A stretch of 64,000 bases of DNA. It comes from Eledone cirrhosa. Its lineage: Eukaryota. The position numbers were made by a program, and so were the translations under genes. The notes below the pieces were generated by a model. It made no database searches and was not told where the DNA came from. It was given only the letters and a program-made list of their open reading frames with translations. This document shows, in pieces, positions 38,970-51,664 of the stretch (position 1 is its first letter; each line of letters begins with the position of its first letter). Location of the stretch: contig OZ024741.1 in assembly GCA_964016885.1 (NCBI GenBank), forward strand, positions 237,336,001 to 237,400,000. Reading direction: 5' to 3'.

Positions 38970-41900
38970 AGATTTACAGATGGCCATCTCTGTATTGCCA
39001 AGATTTACACATAGCTTTCCCTGTATTGCCCATGTTTACACATTGTCCTGTATTGCCCAGTTTTACTCCTGACCTTATCTGTATAGCCCAAGTTTAGTCA
39101 TAGCTTTCTCTATATTGCCCAGGTGTATTTCTGACCTTCTCTGTATTGCCGATACTTACACATGGCCTTCTCTATATTGCCAACACTTACAGATGGCCTT
39201 CTTTGTATTGCCCATGTCTACTCCTGATCTCTGTATTTCCCAGGTTTACACATAACCATTTCTGTATTTCCCAGGTTTACACATGACTTTTTCTATATAT
39301 CCCAGGTTTACACATGACCTTTGAATTGCCCAAATTTACCTAAGCTTATACATAGCCTTCTCTGTATAGCCCAAGTTCACAGCATATGGCCTCAAATGGG
39401 GACAGGAAAGTATTGCCCAGGTCTACACATGATCTTCTCTGTATTTCCCAGGTTCAGGGCTGACCTCTGTATTGCCAGGTTTACACATGATCTCTGTATT
39501 GCCCAGGTTCAGGGCTGACCTCTGTATTGCCAGGTTTACACATGATCTCTGTATTGCCCAGGTTCAGGGCTGACCTCTCTATTGCCAGGTTTACACATAA
39601 TCTTCTCTGTATTGCCCAGGTTCAGGGCTGACCTCGGTATTGCCAGGTCTACACATGATCTTCTCTGTATTGCCCAGGTTCAGGGCTGACCTCTCTATTG
39701 CCAGGTTTACACATGATCTTCTCTGTATTGCCCAGGTTCAGGGCTGACCTCTGTATTGCCAGGTTTACACATAATCTTCTCTGTATTGCCCAGGTTCAGG
39801 GCTGACCTCTGTATTGCCAGGTTTACACATAATCTTCTCTGTATTGCCCAGGTTCAGGGCTGACCTCTCTATTGCCAGGTTTACACATGATCTTCTCTGT
39901 ATTGCCAGGTTCAGGGCTGACCTCGGTATTGCCAGGTCTACACATAATCTTCTCTGTATTGCCCAGGTTCAGGGCTGACCTCTCTATTGCCAGGTTTACA
40001 CATGATCTTCTCTGTATTGCCCAGGTTCAGGGCTGACCTCTCTATTGCCAGGTTTACACATAATCTTCTCTGTATTGCCCAGGTTCAGGGCTGACCTCTG
40101 TATTGCCAGGTTTACACATAATCTTCTCTGTATTGCCCAGGTTCAGGGCTGACCTCTCTATTGCCAGGTTTACACATGATCTTCTCTGTATTGCCCAGGT
40201 TCAGGGCTGACCTCTCTATTGCCAGGTTTACACATAATCTTCTCTGTATTGCCCAGGTTCAGGGCTGACCTCTGTATTGCCAGGTCTACACATAATCTTC
40301 TCTGTATTGCCCAGGTTCAGGGCTGACCTCTGTATTGCCAGGTTTACACATGATCTTCTCTGTATTGCCCAGGTTCAGGGCTGACCTCTCTATTGCCAGG
40401 TTTACACATAATCTTCTCTGTATTGCCCAGGTTCAGGGCTGACCTCTGTATTGCCAGGTCTACACATAATCTTCTCTGTATTGCCCAGGTTCAGGGCTGA
40501 CCTCTGTATTGCCAGGTTTACACATAATCTTCTCTGTATTGCCCAGGTTCAGGGCTGACCTCTCTATTGCCAGGTTTACACATGATCTTCTCTGTATTGC
40601 CAGGTTCAGGGCTGACCTCTGTATTGCCAGGTTTACACATAATCTTCTCTGTATTGCCCAGGTTCAGGGCTGACCTCTGTATTGCCAGGTTTACACATAA
40701 TCTTCTCTGTATTGCCCAGGTTCAGGGCTGACCTCTCTATTGCCAGGTTTACACATGATCTTCTCTGTATTGCCAGGTTCAGGGCTGACCTCGGTATTGC
40801 CAGGTTTACACATGATCTTCTCTGTATTGCCCAGGTTCAGGGCTGACCTCTCTATTGCCAGGTTTACACATGATCTTCTCTGTATTGCCAGGTTCAGGGC
40901 TGACCTCTCTATTGCCAGGTTTACACATGATCTTCTCTGTATTGCCAGGTTCAGGGCTGACCTCTCTATTGCCAGGTTTACACATGATCTTCTCTGTATT
41001 GCCCAGGTTCAGGGCTGATCTCGGTATTGCCAGGTTTACACATGATCTTCTCTGTATTGCCAGGTTCAGGGCTGACCTCTCTATTGCCAGGTTTACACAT
41101 GATCTTCTCTGTATTGCCCAGGTTCAGGGCTGACCTCTGTATTGCCAGGTTTACACATAATCTTCTCTGTATTGCCCAGGTTCAGGGCTGACCTCGGTAT
41201 TGCCAGGTTTACACATAATCTTCTCTGTATTGCCCAGGTTCAGGGCTGACCTCTGTATTGCCAGGTTTACACATAATCTTCTCTGTATTACCCAGGTTCA
41301 GGGCTGACCTCTCTATTGCCAGGTTTACACATAATCTTCTCTGTATTACCCAGGTTCAGGGCTGACCTCTCTATTGCCAGGTTTACACATAATCTTCTCT
41401 GTATTGCCCAGGTTCAGGGCTGACCTCTGTATTGCCAGGTCTACACATGATCTTCTCTGTATTGCCAGGTTCAGGGCTGACCTCTGTATTGCCAGGTTTA
41501 CACATAATCTTCTCTGTATTGCCCAGGTTCAGGGCTGACCTCTCTATTGCCAGGTTTACACATGATCTTCTCTGTATTGCCCAGGTTCAGGGCTGACCTC
41601 TCTATTGCCAGGTTTACACATAATCTTCTCTGTATTGCCCAGGTTCAGGGCTGACCTCTCTATTGCCAAGTTTACACATGATCTTCTCTGTATTGCCAGG
41701 TTCAGGGCTGACCTCAGTATTGCCAGGTTTACACATGATCTTCTCTGTATTGCCCAGGTTCAGGGCTGACCTCGGTATTGCCAGGTTTACACATGATCTT
41801 CTCTGTATTGCCCAGGTTCAGGGCTGACCTCTCTATTGCCAGGTTTACACATGATCTTCTCTGTATTGCCCAGGTTCAGGGCTGACCTCTCTATTGCCAG

Positions 41901-42250
41901 GTTTACACATAATCTTCTCTGTATTGCCCAGGTTCAGGGCTGACCTCTGTATTGCCAGGTTTACACATGATCTTCTCTGTATTGCCCAGGTTTACACATG
42001 ATCTGCTGTTTTGCCCAGGTTCAGGGCTGACCTCTGTATTGCCAGGTTTACACATGATCTTCTCTGTATTGCCCAGGTTTACACATGATCTGCTGTTTTG
42101 CCCAGATTTACTCCTGACCTCTTTATTGCCCAGGTTTTCACATAGCCTTTTCTGTATTGTCCTGGTTTACACATGACCTTATCTGTATTGTCCAGGTTTG
42201 CACATGACGTCTGTATTACCTAGGTTTGCCCATAGCTTTCTCAGGTTCAC
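38970..42250. repeat. Minisatellite with a 60/61-bp dimeric unit (homogeneous core about 39410-42100)
   Basis: Unit TATTGCCCAGGTTCAGGGCTGACCTCT(G/C)-TATTGCCAGGTTTACACAT(G/A)ATCTTCTCTG repeated roughly 40+ times; flanks are degenerate ~31-bp monomers. Confidence 0.97.
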
Positions 42251-43025
42251 GTCTGCCAGGTGTATATATAACAATATTCCACTGATGAAAACTTTTAAAA
42301 CAAATTAACCTATTCCTATCTCACGTGAAGCTGCTTTAGTAAGGTTTAATGTACATCCATTATTTTTCCATCTAGCCTTTACAATTGTGATGCTTCTATG
42401 TTGGTTACTTGATCTGCTTGAATTAGCAGTCTCAAATCACACCCCTATGATTTTAACAAGGGAGGTGCACGTTAGATAATGCAGTCAGAAATAAACAAAA
42501 AGCTGGAATAGGTACGATTAGAATACTTTTGATCATGGGTCTTCTCAATCATGACTGACCTAAATTTAAACAAGTCTCAACTACTAACTTCAAAATTCAT
42601 ATGTACCCACTAACTTACACACATAATAATTAATGCAAGTATAACTCTGGTGAAGAAGTTTGCTTCACATCCATGTGGCTTTTGGGTTTGATCTCAATGT
42701 AATTTAGTAGATAGGAAGCATGTGGAAAAACTATTTTTGGATGGCAGACTTAATCCAGTTCCCAATTTAACACTGCTACTTGGTCCATTCAGCAGTCCAT
42801 TCTGTTATAAACATTTATGCTAGGTCTCCTGTCTGTCAATAATTTCCTGCTGCTATTCCAACTTATGCTGCTAAAAAAATATACATACACTTATCATCAT
42901 CCTTTTATGTTTGTTTTTCCATGCTTGCATGGTTTGGCTAGGCCTTTATGTATTAGATATTTTTTAAAATTATTACTTTTTTGTTTGTTTCTTTGTAGTT
43001 GTGGTGACAGAAGAGAGAAGACAAT

Positions 43026-44060
43026 ATGAACCACATCATCACCTCCAACATTCCAGGCTACGAACTAACTGAAGTAATTAATGCCATGGAGTCGTCCCAT
43101 AGCTGCGATATATGTGGTAAGGGTTTCTCACGATTTGACAATTTGGAGAGACATAAACTCACTCATCAGACAGTCAAACCATTTGGTTGTGATGTGTGTG
43201 GAAAGTCGTTCTCCCATAAATCTCACCTGAAACAGCACCAAACCATACACAGTGGTGAGAAACCTTTTAAGTGCAACATTTGTGGGTTCTGTTTCTCTAG
43301 AAACGGGAATCTGACCCGCCACATGAAGACACATGGACAAGGGACGATGCCATCGATGGCCCCTCAATATGAGACACCTCCAAACACTGTAAGATCTTTT
43401 GCTGTCGACAAACCATTTAAATGTAATATTTGCGGCTGTGCTTTTGGAAGAAATGGAGATCTGACACGCCATTTTAAAACACATGAGGAATCTCTGTTCC
43501 AGAATCAGAACACCAGTTATCAGAAACCTCAGCCTCAACCTCAACCACAGCCACTACCACAGATGCCTGCTAACTACCAAGAAGAAAATCCATTCAATTG
43601 CAAAGCTTGCTGGAAAGCCTTCACAGAAAGGTCAGATGCAGATATGCATGAGCGAATTCATGCTGCTTTGCTTCCCTTCAAGTGTGACGTTTGTGGGAAG
43701 GCATTCTCAGAGAACAGCTACTTAGAAAGACACAAGAAAGCACACACCAATGAGAAGTTATTCTGCTGTGATATGTGTACCAAGTCGTTCTCGCAGAAAT
43801 ACCATCTCACTGTCCACAAACGGACGCACACTGGTGAGCGACCATTCAAATGTAACATTTGTGGCTTTGCCTTTTCTCGCAAGGATCATCTGGAGCGACA
43901 CCAGCGAACCAATAAACTTGGTGACCGTAAACTGAGTTGTGTGCCACAGAACGCTGCTGCAGCATCTTCAGAGACCCACCAGGCAACACTCAGTGTGTCT
44001 CAACCACATCATACCACGGAGATACCACATGAAGGGGTCCCTCATTATATGAGCATATAA
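43026..44060 (+). CDS. C2H2 zinc-finger transcription factor, 344 aa, single coding exon
   Basis: Seven complete C2H2 fingers plus one lacking the last His; TGEKPF-type linkers; PQ-rich spacer; splice acceptor TTTGTTTCTTTGTAG ending at 42998, just upstream of the ATG. Confidence 0.95.
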   Translation: MNHIITSNIPGYELTEVINAMESSHSCDICGKGFSRFDNLERHKLTHQTVKPFGCDVCGKSFSHKSHLKQHQTIHSGEKPFKCNICGFCFSRNGNLTRHMKTHGQGTMPSMAPQYETPPNTVRSFAVDKPFKCNICGCAFGRNGDLTRHFKTHEESLFQNQNTSYQKPQPQPQPQPLPQMPANYQEENPFNCKACWKAFTERSDADMHERIHAALLPFKCDVCGKAFSENSYLERHKKAHTNEKLFCCDMCTKSFSQKYHLTVHKRTHTGERPFKCNICGFAFSRKDHLERHQRTNKLGDRKLSCVPQNAAAASSETHQATLSVSQPHHTTEIPHEGVPHYMSI

Positions 44061-44719
44061 ACACTTTTTTAAGGGGAACAACTCTTACCTTTGTTTTAAA
44101 TTTGATTTAACTTTTTCTCTTTCTATCTATCTCTCTCTTTCATTTTTTCCTTTCTCCACTCTAAATAGTGTAGCCTACAATGGCATTTATGAGGGACAAG
44201 CATGCACTACAGTTATTCTTCAGCATTAACACTGGTGGGGTATGCTAAGATACCACACCATTGTTTACTCAGAGAAATACTACAAACGCTTTTCAGAAGG
44301 AATCAGCACATTCATGATTGCATCATTAATGGTACCTTGTAATGTGATAAACAGTATTTCCTAATAGTACAATTAATTCCCCTACTAAGAATGGTGCCTT
44401 TGTGTAAGGTACACATTTGAGAACAATGACATTTATGTAAAGTGTGATGTATTTGAATACCACATTGTTAGCATCTGTGCAGCGAAAAGTTCATACATAG
44501 ACAATATTGGCAACTGTGCAGGTCATGGTACATGAGAATAACATTGATATTTTTAGAAAGGGCTCTTGATATCCAAGGATGTCTACAGTGTTGTGTGTGT
44601 AACAGAAATACAATTATATATACTGGTAGTAATTGTATGAAGCTGCAGGGTCCATTCCTATACAATACTAGTTCTGTACAAAAAAAAGGATACATTTCTA
44701 TATGACATTGTTCCTGGAC

Positions 44720-45030
44720 AAAGTGAAGAGATTCACATGTGTGACATTGGTGCCTATATCAAATGGAGGTACGCATCACTGACATTGATGTCTATATCAG
44801 AGGTTCATGTGATTAGTGGTACACCTGTCATTGGTGGCCATACCAAATAGAGGTGCACGTCAGTGACACTAGTGTTTGTATCAGAGGTACACATTGGTAC
44901 CTGTAACAGATACACGTGACAGTGGTACCTGTACCAAACAGAGATACACGTGACATTGGTACCTGTACCAAACAAAGGTACGCATGTGACATTGGTGGCT
45001 CTACCAAATAGAAAAGGTACATTTCAATAG
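44720..45030. repeat. Degenerate ~35-bp tandem repeat in the probable 3' UTR
   Basis: Recurring GTGACATTGGTACCTGTACCAAA..GAGGTACAC units. Confidence 0.7.
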
Positions 45031-48000
45031 TAAAACAAACAAAAAATGGAAACTTACGGGTTTTTCCCTCCTTCATTTAAGTATTTCCCCCATTTGTCAA
45101 GAGAGGTCATTATCTTGTGTTCAGTTTCAGTCAAGATGTCCTTGTGATTTTTTTAAAACCTAAAATTATTCATGTCATCAATAGTCAGTCCATCATTTTG
45201 TAAAACAAAAAACTTACAATTTATCAGAACTAAACAAAGAAACAGATCAAAGGTGAATATTTATGTGTTTGTGCATGGAGTTAGGCTCTATGTGAACTGA
45301 CCTCAGTCTTCAGTGGATCTACTACATCACTAATACTCTTCATCACAAGGACATCAATGCCACAACCCTACCAAAAATCCTAAGGGTTCACGTCTATATT
45401 AGATATGTTTATGTATATGTTAATGTCTTTTTTATTTATTTATTATGTTGTGTGGAGTGTCTCTCTTTTTCTCTATATCTATGTATGTATGCGTATATTT
45501 TTATGTATATATATATGTATGTGTGTATATACACATACATAAATATACATATATATTCTCTCTCCCTCCTACCATTTCATATACTGTTGTATGCTTCATT
45601 ACTAGAGAGTTACAGCACCTCATCACCTCTTCCTTTCTCCCTCACTATCACTCCATCTTTGTATCTAACCATCATTAAAAAAAATAATAACACCAGAGTT
45701 ATTCTATTTTATAATTGTATCCAAATGGTGATGCTCCAGCATGACCTTGGCCTTGATGACTACAGCAAAGTAAAGAACTTGAGTGATTAGACAGGTATGG
45801 CTGTGTGGTAGAAAGTTTGTTTCCCTAACCATGTGGTTCTGTTTTGATCTCACTGCACAGTATACCTTGGGTATCTTCAACTGTAGTTTTGAGTTGACCA
45901 ATACATTGTGAGTGGAATTTGATTGGTAGAAACTGTAGAAGAGGTGTCAATGCGAAGACACATACACACATACTTAGATAGTGGCCTTTCATACAGTTAT
46001 TTTTTCTGATAAATTTCACTCATGAGGTAATGGTTAGCCTGAAATATGGTAGAAGACATATGCCATGGGCTTTTTGTTTCTGTATTTGTGTTTGTTTACA
46101 AATGTAAAAAAAGTGTTGTCAAATAGTATAACTCATAATTGTTTCTACTGTTGGCACAAGGCCAGCAATTACTCAGTGCATTACTGGTACTTTATTTTAT
46201 CGACCCCCGTAAGGATGAAAGGCAAAGTTAACCTCGGCGGGATTTGAACTCAGAATGGCAAGGACCGTAACTCATAATACAACAAATATAGATCAATCAA
46301 TCAAATACTGAAATTGACTAAAAAAAAACCTGAAAGTGGTGCCTTTATCATTTCAGGGCCTTGTGTATACATCAATGTCATAATTTCTGTAGTATTTGAC
46401 TCTTATGAAAACGTGTCGTAATTGGGTGGTAAAACTAATATTACCCCTCACCCAATTAAAACCACCACCTCATTCAATTGAGGATCGATGGCTTTGTCCT
46501 GCTAGAAATGATAGCCAAATCTTCTTCCTTTGGTCATAGGTTTACTTGATCAGGGATGACCTGGTGCTAAACAATAACAAAGACCTTAAGGGTTGGATAG
46601 GTTGTTAACATCAGAGTTAATGTCCTAGGTGAGGCACAGGACAATGTCTTATCCAATATGTTACTTTTTTTTTTTGGCATGGCTTCCAAACACCAACCAC
46701 TGGGTCCCGTCATTGTGGATTTGAAGTATTGGTGCACTGGTTTGGAATAGCTTGTGATATTTGATTACATTCGTTGTTATTCTTTCCAAGTCAACTTTAT
46801 TTTCTTCCATCCTAAGATGATAAATTAAGTAGCACAAAATACTGGGGGTCAGTATATAATTGGTAGTGCCTCAGTATGTTATAAATCCCCAGAAGGATAA
46901 AAGGTAAATCTGACCTAGATGAAGTTTGAACTGTTGAACATAAAATGATGTGACTATATTTTATAAGACATTCAGCCACCTCTCTGATACTTCTGCATGT
47001 TCACTCTCTACAGAATGGGAGTAGTCAATTCAATTTACTACACATTATATAACTAGTTGTTTGAGGAACTCCCTAGTGTTGGTGATAGGAAGAGCATCCA
47101 GCCATAGAAAAACTGCTAAACAAAGGATTGAAAAGACTGTTCAGCTTCGTCAAAGACATAATAGCCTCTCTCCACTCCCTTGTGCTAGTACCATGATAAA
47201 ATGTATGCAATAGAGCGTGAGAGTGTATGTAAACAAGATGCAGCTACTGACTTGGTCTGTGAAGACCCATCCAAACCTTGCTAGCAACAAAGACAGGTGT
47301 TTGATGATGTTATCATTTGGTAGACAGAAACTGTGTCTTTTCACATTTGATATTTGTTTCTGATCTGTGTATACTAAGGCCCTCACTGTTCAAAATGTAA
47401 AGAGGAATGTAACTAAATATAGCAATGATTTTGTCTAAGGCTCTGCCAATAAACTACTTTCAATTATAATTTCTAACATAAACAAGGCCACAAATTTGGC
47501 GGGGAGGGGTTAGTCAATGAAACTGACCCCAGTACTTGGCTTATATTGAAGTTTCTAAATATCCCAGTCCAGGCTTCCTTTTCCTAGTTTCTGTAGAAAG
47601 CATGCAAGTGCAGTTAATAACATCGTTATCGAAAAGTTTATAGATACCGTTATATTTATATATTTTTATTGTATCAAACCTGTAAAGATGAAAGGCAAAG
47701 TTGAACTCAGGCGTAAAGAGCTAGAATACATACTGCAGGGCATTTTGTCTGACACTATATCATTTCTACCACTCACCAGCTTAGTGCTGAAAGTAATGGT
47801 TTCTAATTTCGGCACAAGGCTAGCAAATAAATATTTATGTCTATCTTTATATTTACCATTTCACTTCTCTGCTGTGTCTCTCAAGGGAACCATTTTTGTT
47901 CTAAATCATTTGAAATTTTTATTTAAGTCTTTACTTTTTATTCAAATTTAATATTAAAAAAAAATTATTAAAGACAAAAATAGTATGCTACATTCCTTGT

Positions 48001-50635
48001 GTTTTTATGTTGTTTAACACCAGTACAGCCTTGGTTCAGCAGATCTTTGATCAGTGTTCCAGCCATGATCCTCATGTTTTCACAGACATGGAATAATAGG
48101 GTCTTATGCATGAGCATCTCAGCCGATATTCTGATTAAATTAGAGAATCATGCTTATTCTCCAGGTAAGATATATAGGTGAGATCTGAATAAGCAAAGCT
48201 ATGATCATCCCAACTTTATTTCAGGCAGTATATCTAGAAGTATGTTATGTAGAATGTTTTTTAAGATGATAGGTTATGATTTTAGTGATGATATTTTCTT
48301 AGCAGTTCAAGTGACCATGTAAAATCTCATTTGTTAAATTAGAATTGGGTTGTTTAGCTTTAGAGCTACTCAATGATCAATGGTATTCTAGCTATGACCA
48401 TCCCATTTTATTTTCAAACAGCATCTAAAACTAACTGCATTATCCATGCCCTACTTTAACACTAATGATGGACTTTCCATGTTTCAGCTATGAGCATTCA
48501 GTCATTCCACAAATATCATCAATGTGACTAGCCTGGATCTTTGAATTAGAGGTGGTTCAATCCATCTGATGGGATTTTCATACAGTTGCTGTCTGCTCAA
48601 TTTTACTTACACAGCTTAGGTTGACATGAGACAATGAACAAATGACGTTTGCTCAAGATAACACACGGTGGGATGAAGCTTTGATTTTCATTATTGCAAA
48701 GTAAACTTCTTAATGACTTAGCCATGCCTACATCCATTTAAGATATTAGGATGTGATTTGAGGATGATTTAACTGCTATTGAACACTTAGAGACAACATA
48801 GAATTCATAGGTGAACAACTTAGTCATGAAGATATAGAAGGTTTTACAATAGTATTACTTTTGGAAGGCCAAATGGCCGATGTGAAATGTAGGAAACAGA
48901 CTCATTAGAAATGATCCTTAAGGGAAATAGCTAAGATTAAAGGAGTAGATTTTTTTTTTTATGATCAAAGCAGGACAAGCAATATCTATGAAGGGTTTAT
49001 AAATACACTGTGACCCAAATACAGCATTCTGAATATAGCATACCTCTATTAGATTAAAGACCAACATGTACTGGTTTATCATGTATGGTACTATGTGTCA
49101 GTTATATGGTCTTGTTCCTTCTGTTGTCCACTCTGCTCTTCTTTAGCCTCAGGTCAATCCTGATTAAGCAGACCTATCATCAAAGACACATCAGCCATGT
49201 CCATCCTATATGAAGCTATTTTATTTAAGGTGGCCTGGTGAGGGATTTGGCTGCAATTTCTAGCAAATCGGGTAACCATATAGAAACTCCTGAAAGTGAC
49301 ATGGTTAAGTTATTGGACTACCAGCTCAGTTATAAATTCAAACTTACTGTAATTATCACATTGAATTTTTAGTAGAACTCTATATTCTACATGATCTTGG
49401 TTCATCTACTTGTCAGGCTATCTGGAGAATGCTACCAGTGTCATGTCCATAAGATTTACATCTCCACCTCTGTTATGTCTCTGAATAGAACACTATATTC
49501 TACATGATCACAATTCACTTAGCTGGCAGAAGTAGATATCAAAGCATCTAGAGATTGCTACTAATGATAGACTAGTGTTGTGCAGAAATTTTTAACATTT
49601 AAGAAAGAAAAAATTAGTAGAGATCACTCTGCATCAATATTTGGGTATATTATATCAATAATCCTTGACAATAGATATTGAAAAATATCTTATCTGATTC
49701 ACTGTATTATGGTTAAGTTTTGTTAAAGTTGGCTCGTGTAGGCATGCATAAAATCCCAGTTTTTAAAAGTGATACACCATATTTCTGTGTATCATGGGAG
49801 ACAAAAGGGTTGGTGACAGAGCATCCAGCTGTAAAACATTGTCTCAAAACATCCTGTCCAAACCATGGAAAGGAGGACATAATGGTGGTAATGATGATGG
49901 CATCTGTTGTGTTTCTAAACACTATATGGATGCAACATGGCTAAATAGTCAAGAAGTCCACTTTGCAATTACAAGATTCAATACTATACTGTATGACATT
50001 TTGGGAAAGTGTCTTTTTTAACATAGCTTTGTGAGTGAAATTGGGTGGACAGAAACTGGAAGTCCATCAGATGTATAGTACAAATTTCTTCAAGGTCCAG
50101 CTTTGTCACACTGATTCTTCCTGGAGATGGGATATTATGTTAACAGGACGTGTCTGCAGAATACTCAGCCATTTACATGCTAATTCAATGAGTAAAGTAA
50201 TCCAGTCAGTTGAACAACTGGTTACTCTTCATCGAAGACAACAGAACCATTTACAATATTCTCCATTACCTCAATTCCCCTTGTCAGAAATGGGGAATGT
50301 TGTCTGTAGGGGACTATCATCCTCAAATACTATGGTCTGCAACTAGTGCTTCCAACATATGTTAGTTCAACATTTCAAGTACTTTGGGTGACATGATAAA
50401 ACACACCTAGTCCTCTCTGTAATGTACTGCTGGTGCCACAAAAAAGCTCCCAGCGCACGCTGTAAAGTGATTGGCTTTAGGAAGGGCATCCAGTCATAGA
50501 AAACTAAGTGAAAAATACTTCTAAAGACGATAAGTAGAAAGAATGAAACAAACGATGATAATACATGTATTATATATATATATAATATCTATTTATTCCT
50601 TCTATCGTTCTTAAATGAAACATGTTAAGCTCTCC

Positions 50636-51664
50636 TTAACTGAAGCGAGACTTAAATATCCATTTGATGTAAATATACAACAACAGGTAGCCAATGTGTA
50701 TGATGTACAATGAAAATGGCTTGATCATTTCCACAAAGTCTGTGTCAAGACCATCTAATGCTTGGCGAATGTAATACAAGGAAAAAGTCAGACATTGGAA
50801 AAACACGTAATATACCACCATTGTTTGTTGTTCCTTTGTGAAAACATTAGGTTGGTTGCTCGACTGAATATCACCTGTGCCTTCCCATTCGTTTTCTTTA
50901 CTAGAAGGTTTATTTCTCTTGTGTTGCTTCTCACCAGCTAGGTCTCTGCAAATGTCACACTTGTCAAAAAAGCAATTCTGGGATTTTATAGGAAGAGAAA
51001 CCATCACAACACGACCGACGTTAGCATGCTCATTCGGGCGATATTTAACTATCCTAGGCAATAAGCTTTTTTGAAACAATGACTTCCCGTGTTCTTCATT
51101 TTGAAATGACCAACAATATGTTTCTGGTATCAATACCGTTTGAAATAATGGACACATCAAATTATCTGGATATTTTAACAATGACCGTTCATTTGCAGTG
51201 GCCGACAAATATTTTAACGACTTTCTTTCTATTTTACCCGACTGTGTATTTTTCAAAACATCTCCATTGAATGTTCCCAATATAATATCGTTTTGCTGTG
51301 CATCTAGTTTACTATCATCGGAATTGTGGTTTGATTGAAGAATCACTGTTAAATTATCCAGCGATGTGTTCTCTGTGTATAGAGTACAATATAATATGCT
51401 AGTTAACGACAACATACTATTGTTTGCTTTATTTTTAACAGTTCCATTCATTTGATGAATGTTAACGTTTTCCTGAAGAAAATCCAATGATTTCGTTTTA
51501 AGTTTTGTAATAAAGGGTCTAGTTACAATGGACTGACTAGGTACAATAAGTCGTTGATTTGTTGGTTGAAATGATGTTTTCTTTTTAGAATGAAACATGT
51601 TTAAAGTGGACATGGAACCTACAATAGTGCGGTATCCTGTCACATACTTTATATAATTCATCAT
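50636..51664 (-). CDS. Intronless 342-aa ORF of unknown function, with two hydrophobic C-terminal segments
   Basis: 1029 bp open in AT-rich DNA, AAAAATG start context, non-repetitive composition, no recognisable TE motif. Confidence 0.6.
   Translation of the reverse strand: MMNYIKYVTGYRTIVGSMSTLNMFHSKKKTSFQPTNQRLIVPSQSIVTRPFITKLKTKSLDFLQENVNIHQMNGTVKNKANNSMLSLTSILYCTLYTENTSLDNLTVILQSNHNSDDSKLDAQQNDIILGTFNGDVLKNTQSGKIERKSLKYLSATANERSLLKYPDNLMCPLFQTVLIPETYCWSFQNEEHGKSLFQKSLLPRIVKYRPNEHANVGRVVMVSLPIKSQNCFFDKCDICRDLAGEKQHKRNKPSSKENEWEGTGDIQSSNQPNVFTKEQQTMVVYYVFFQCLTFSLYYIRQALDGLDTDFVEMIKPFSLYIIHIGYLLLYIYIKWIFKSRFS

Noticed and set aside
39321-42176. ORFs in the minisatellite and a CRISPR-like periodic appearance
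   Set aside because: The ORFs are by-products of the repeat; there are no unique spacers or cas genes, and the context is eukaryotic.
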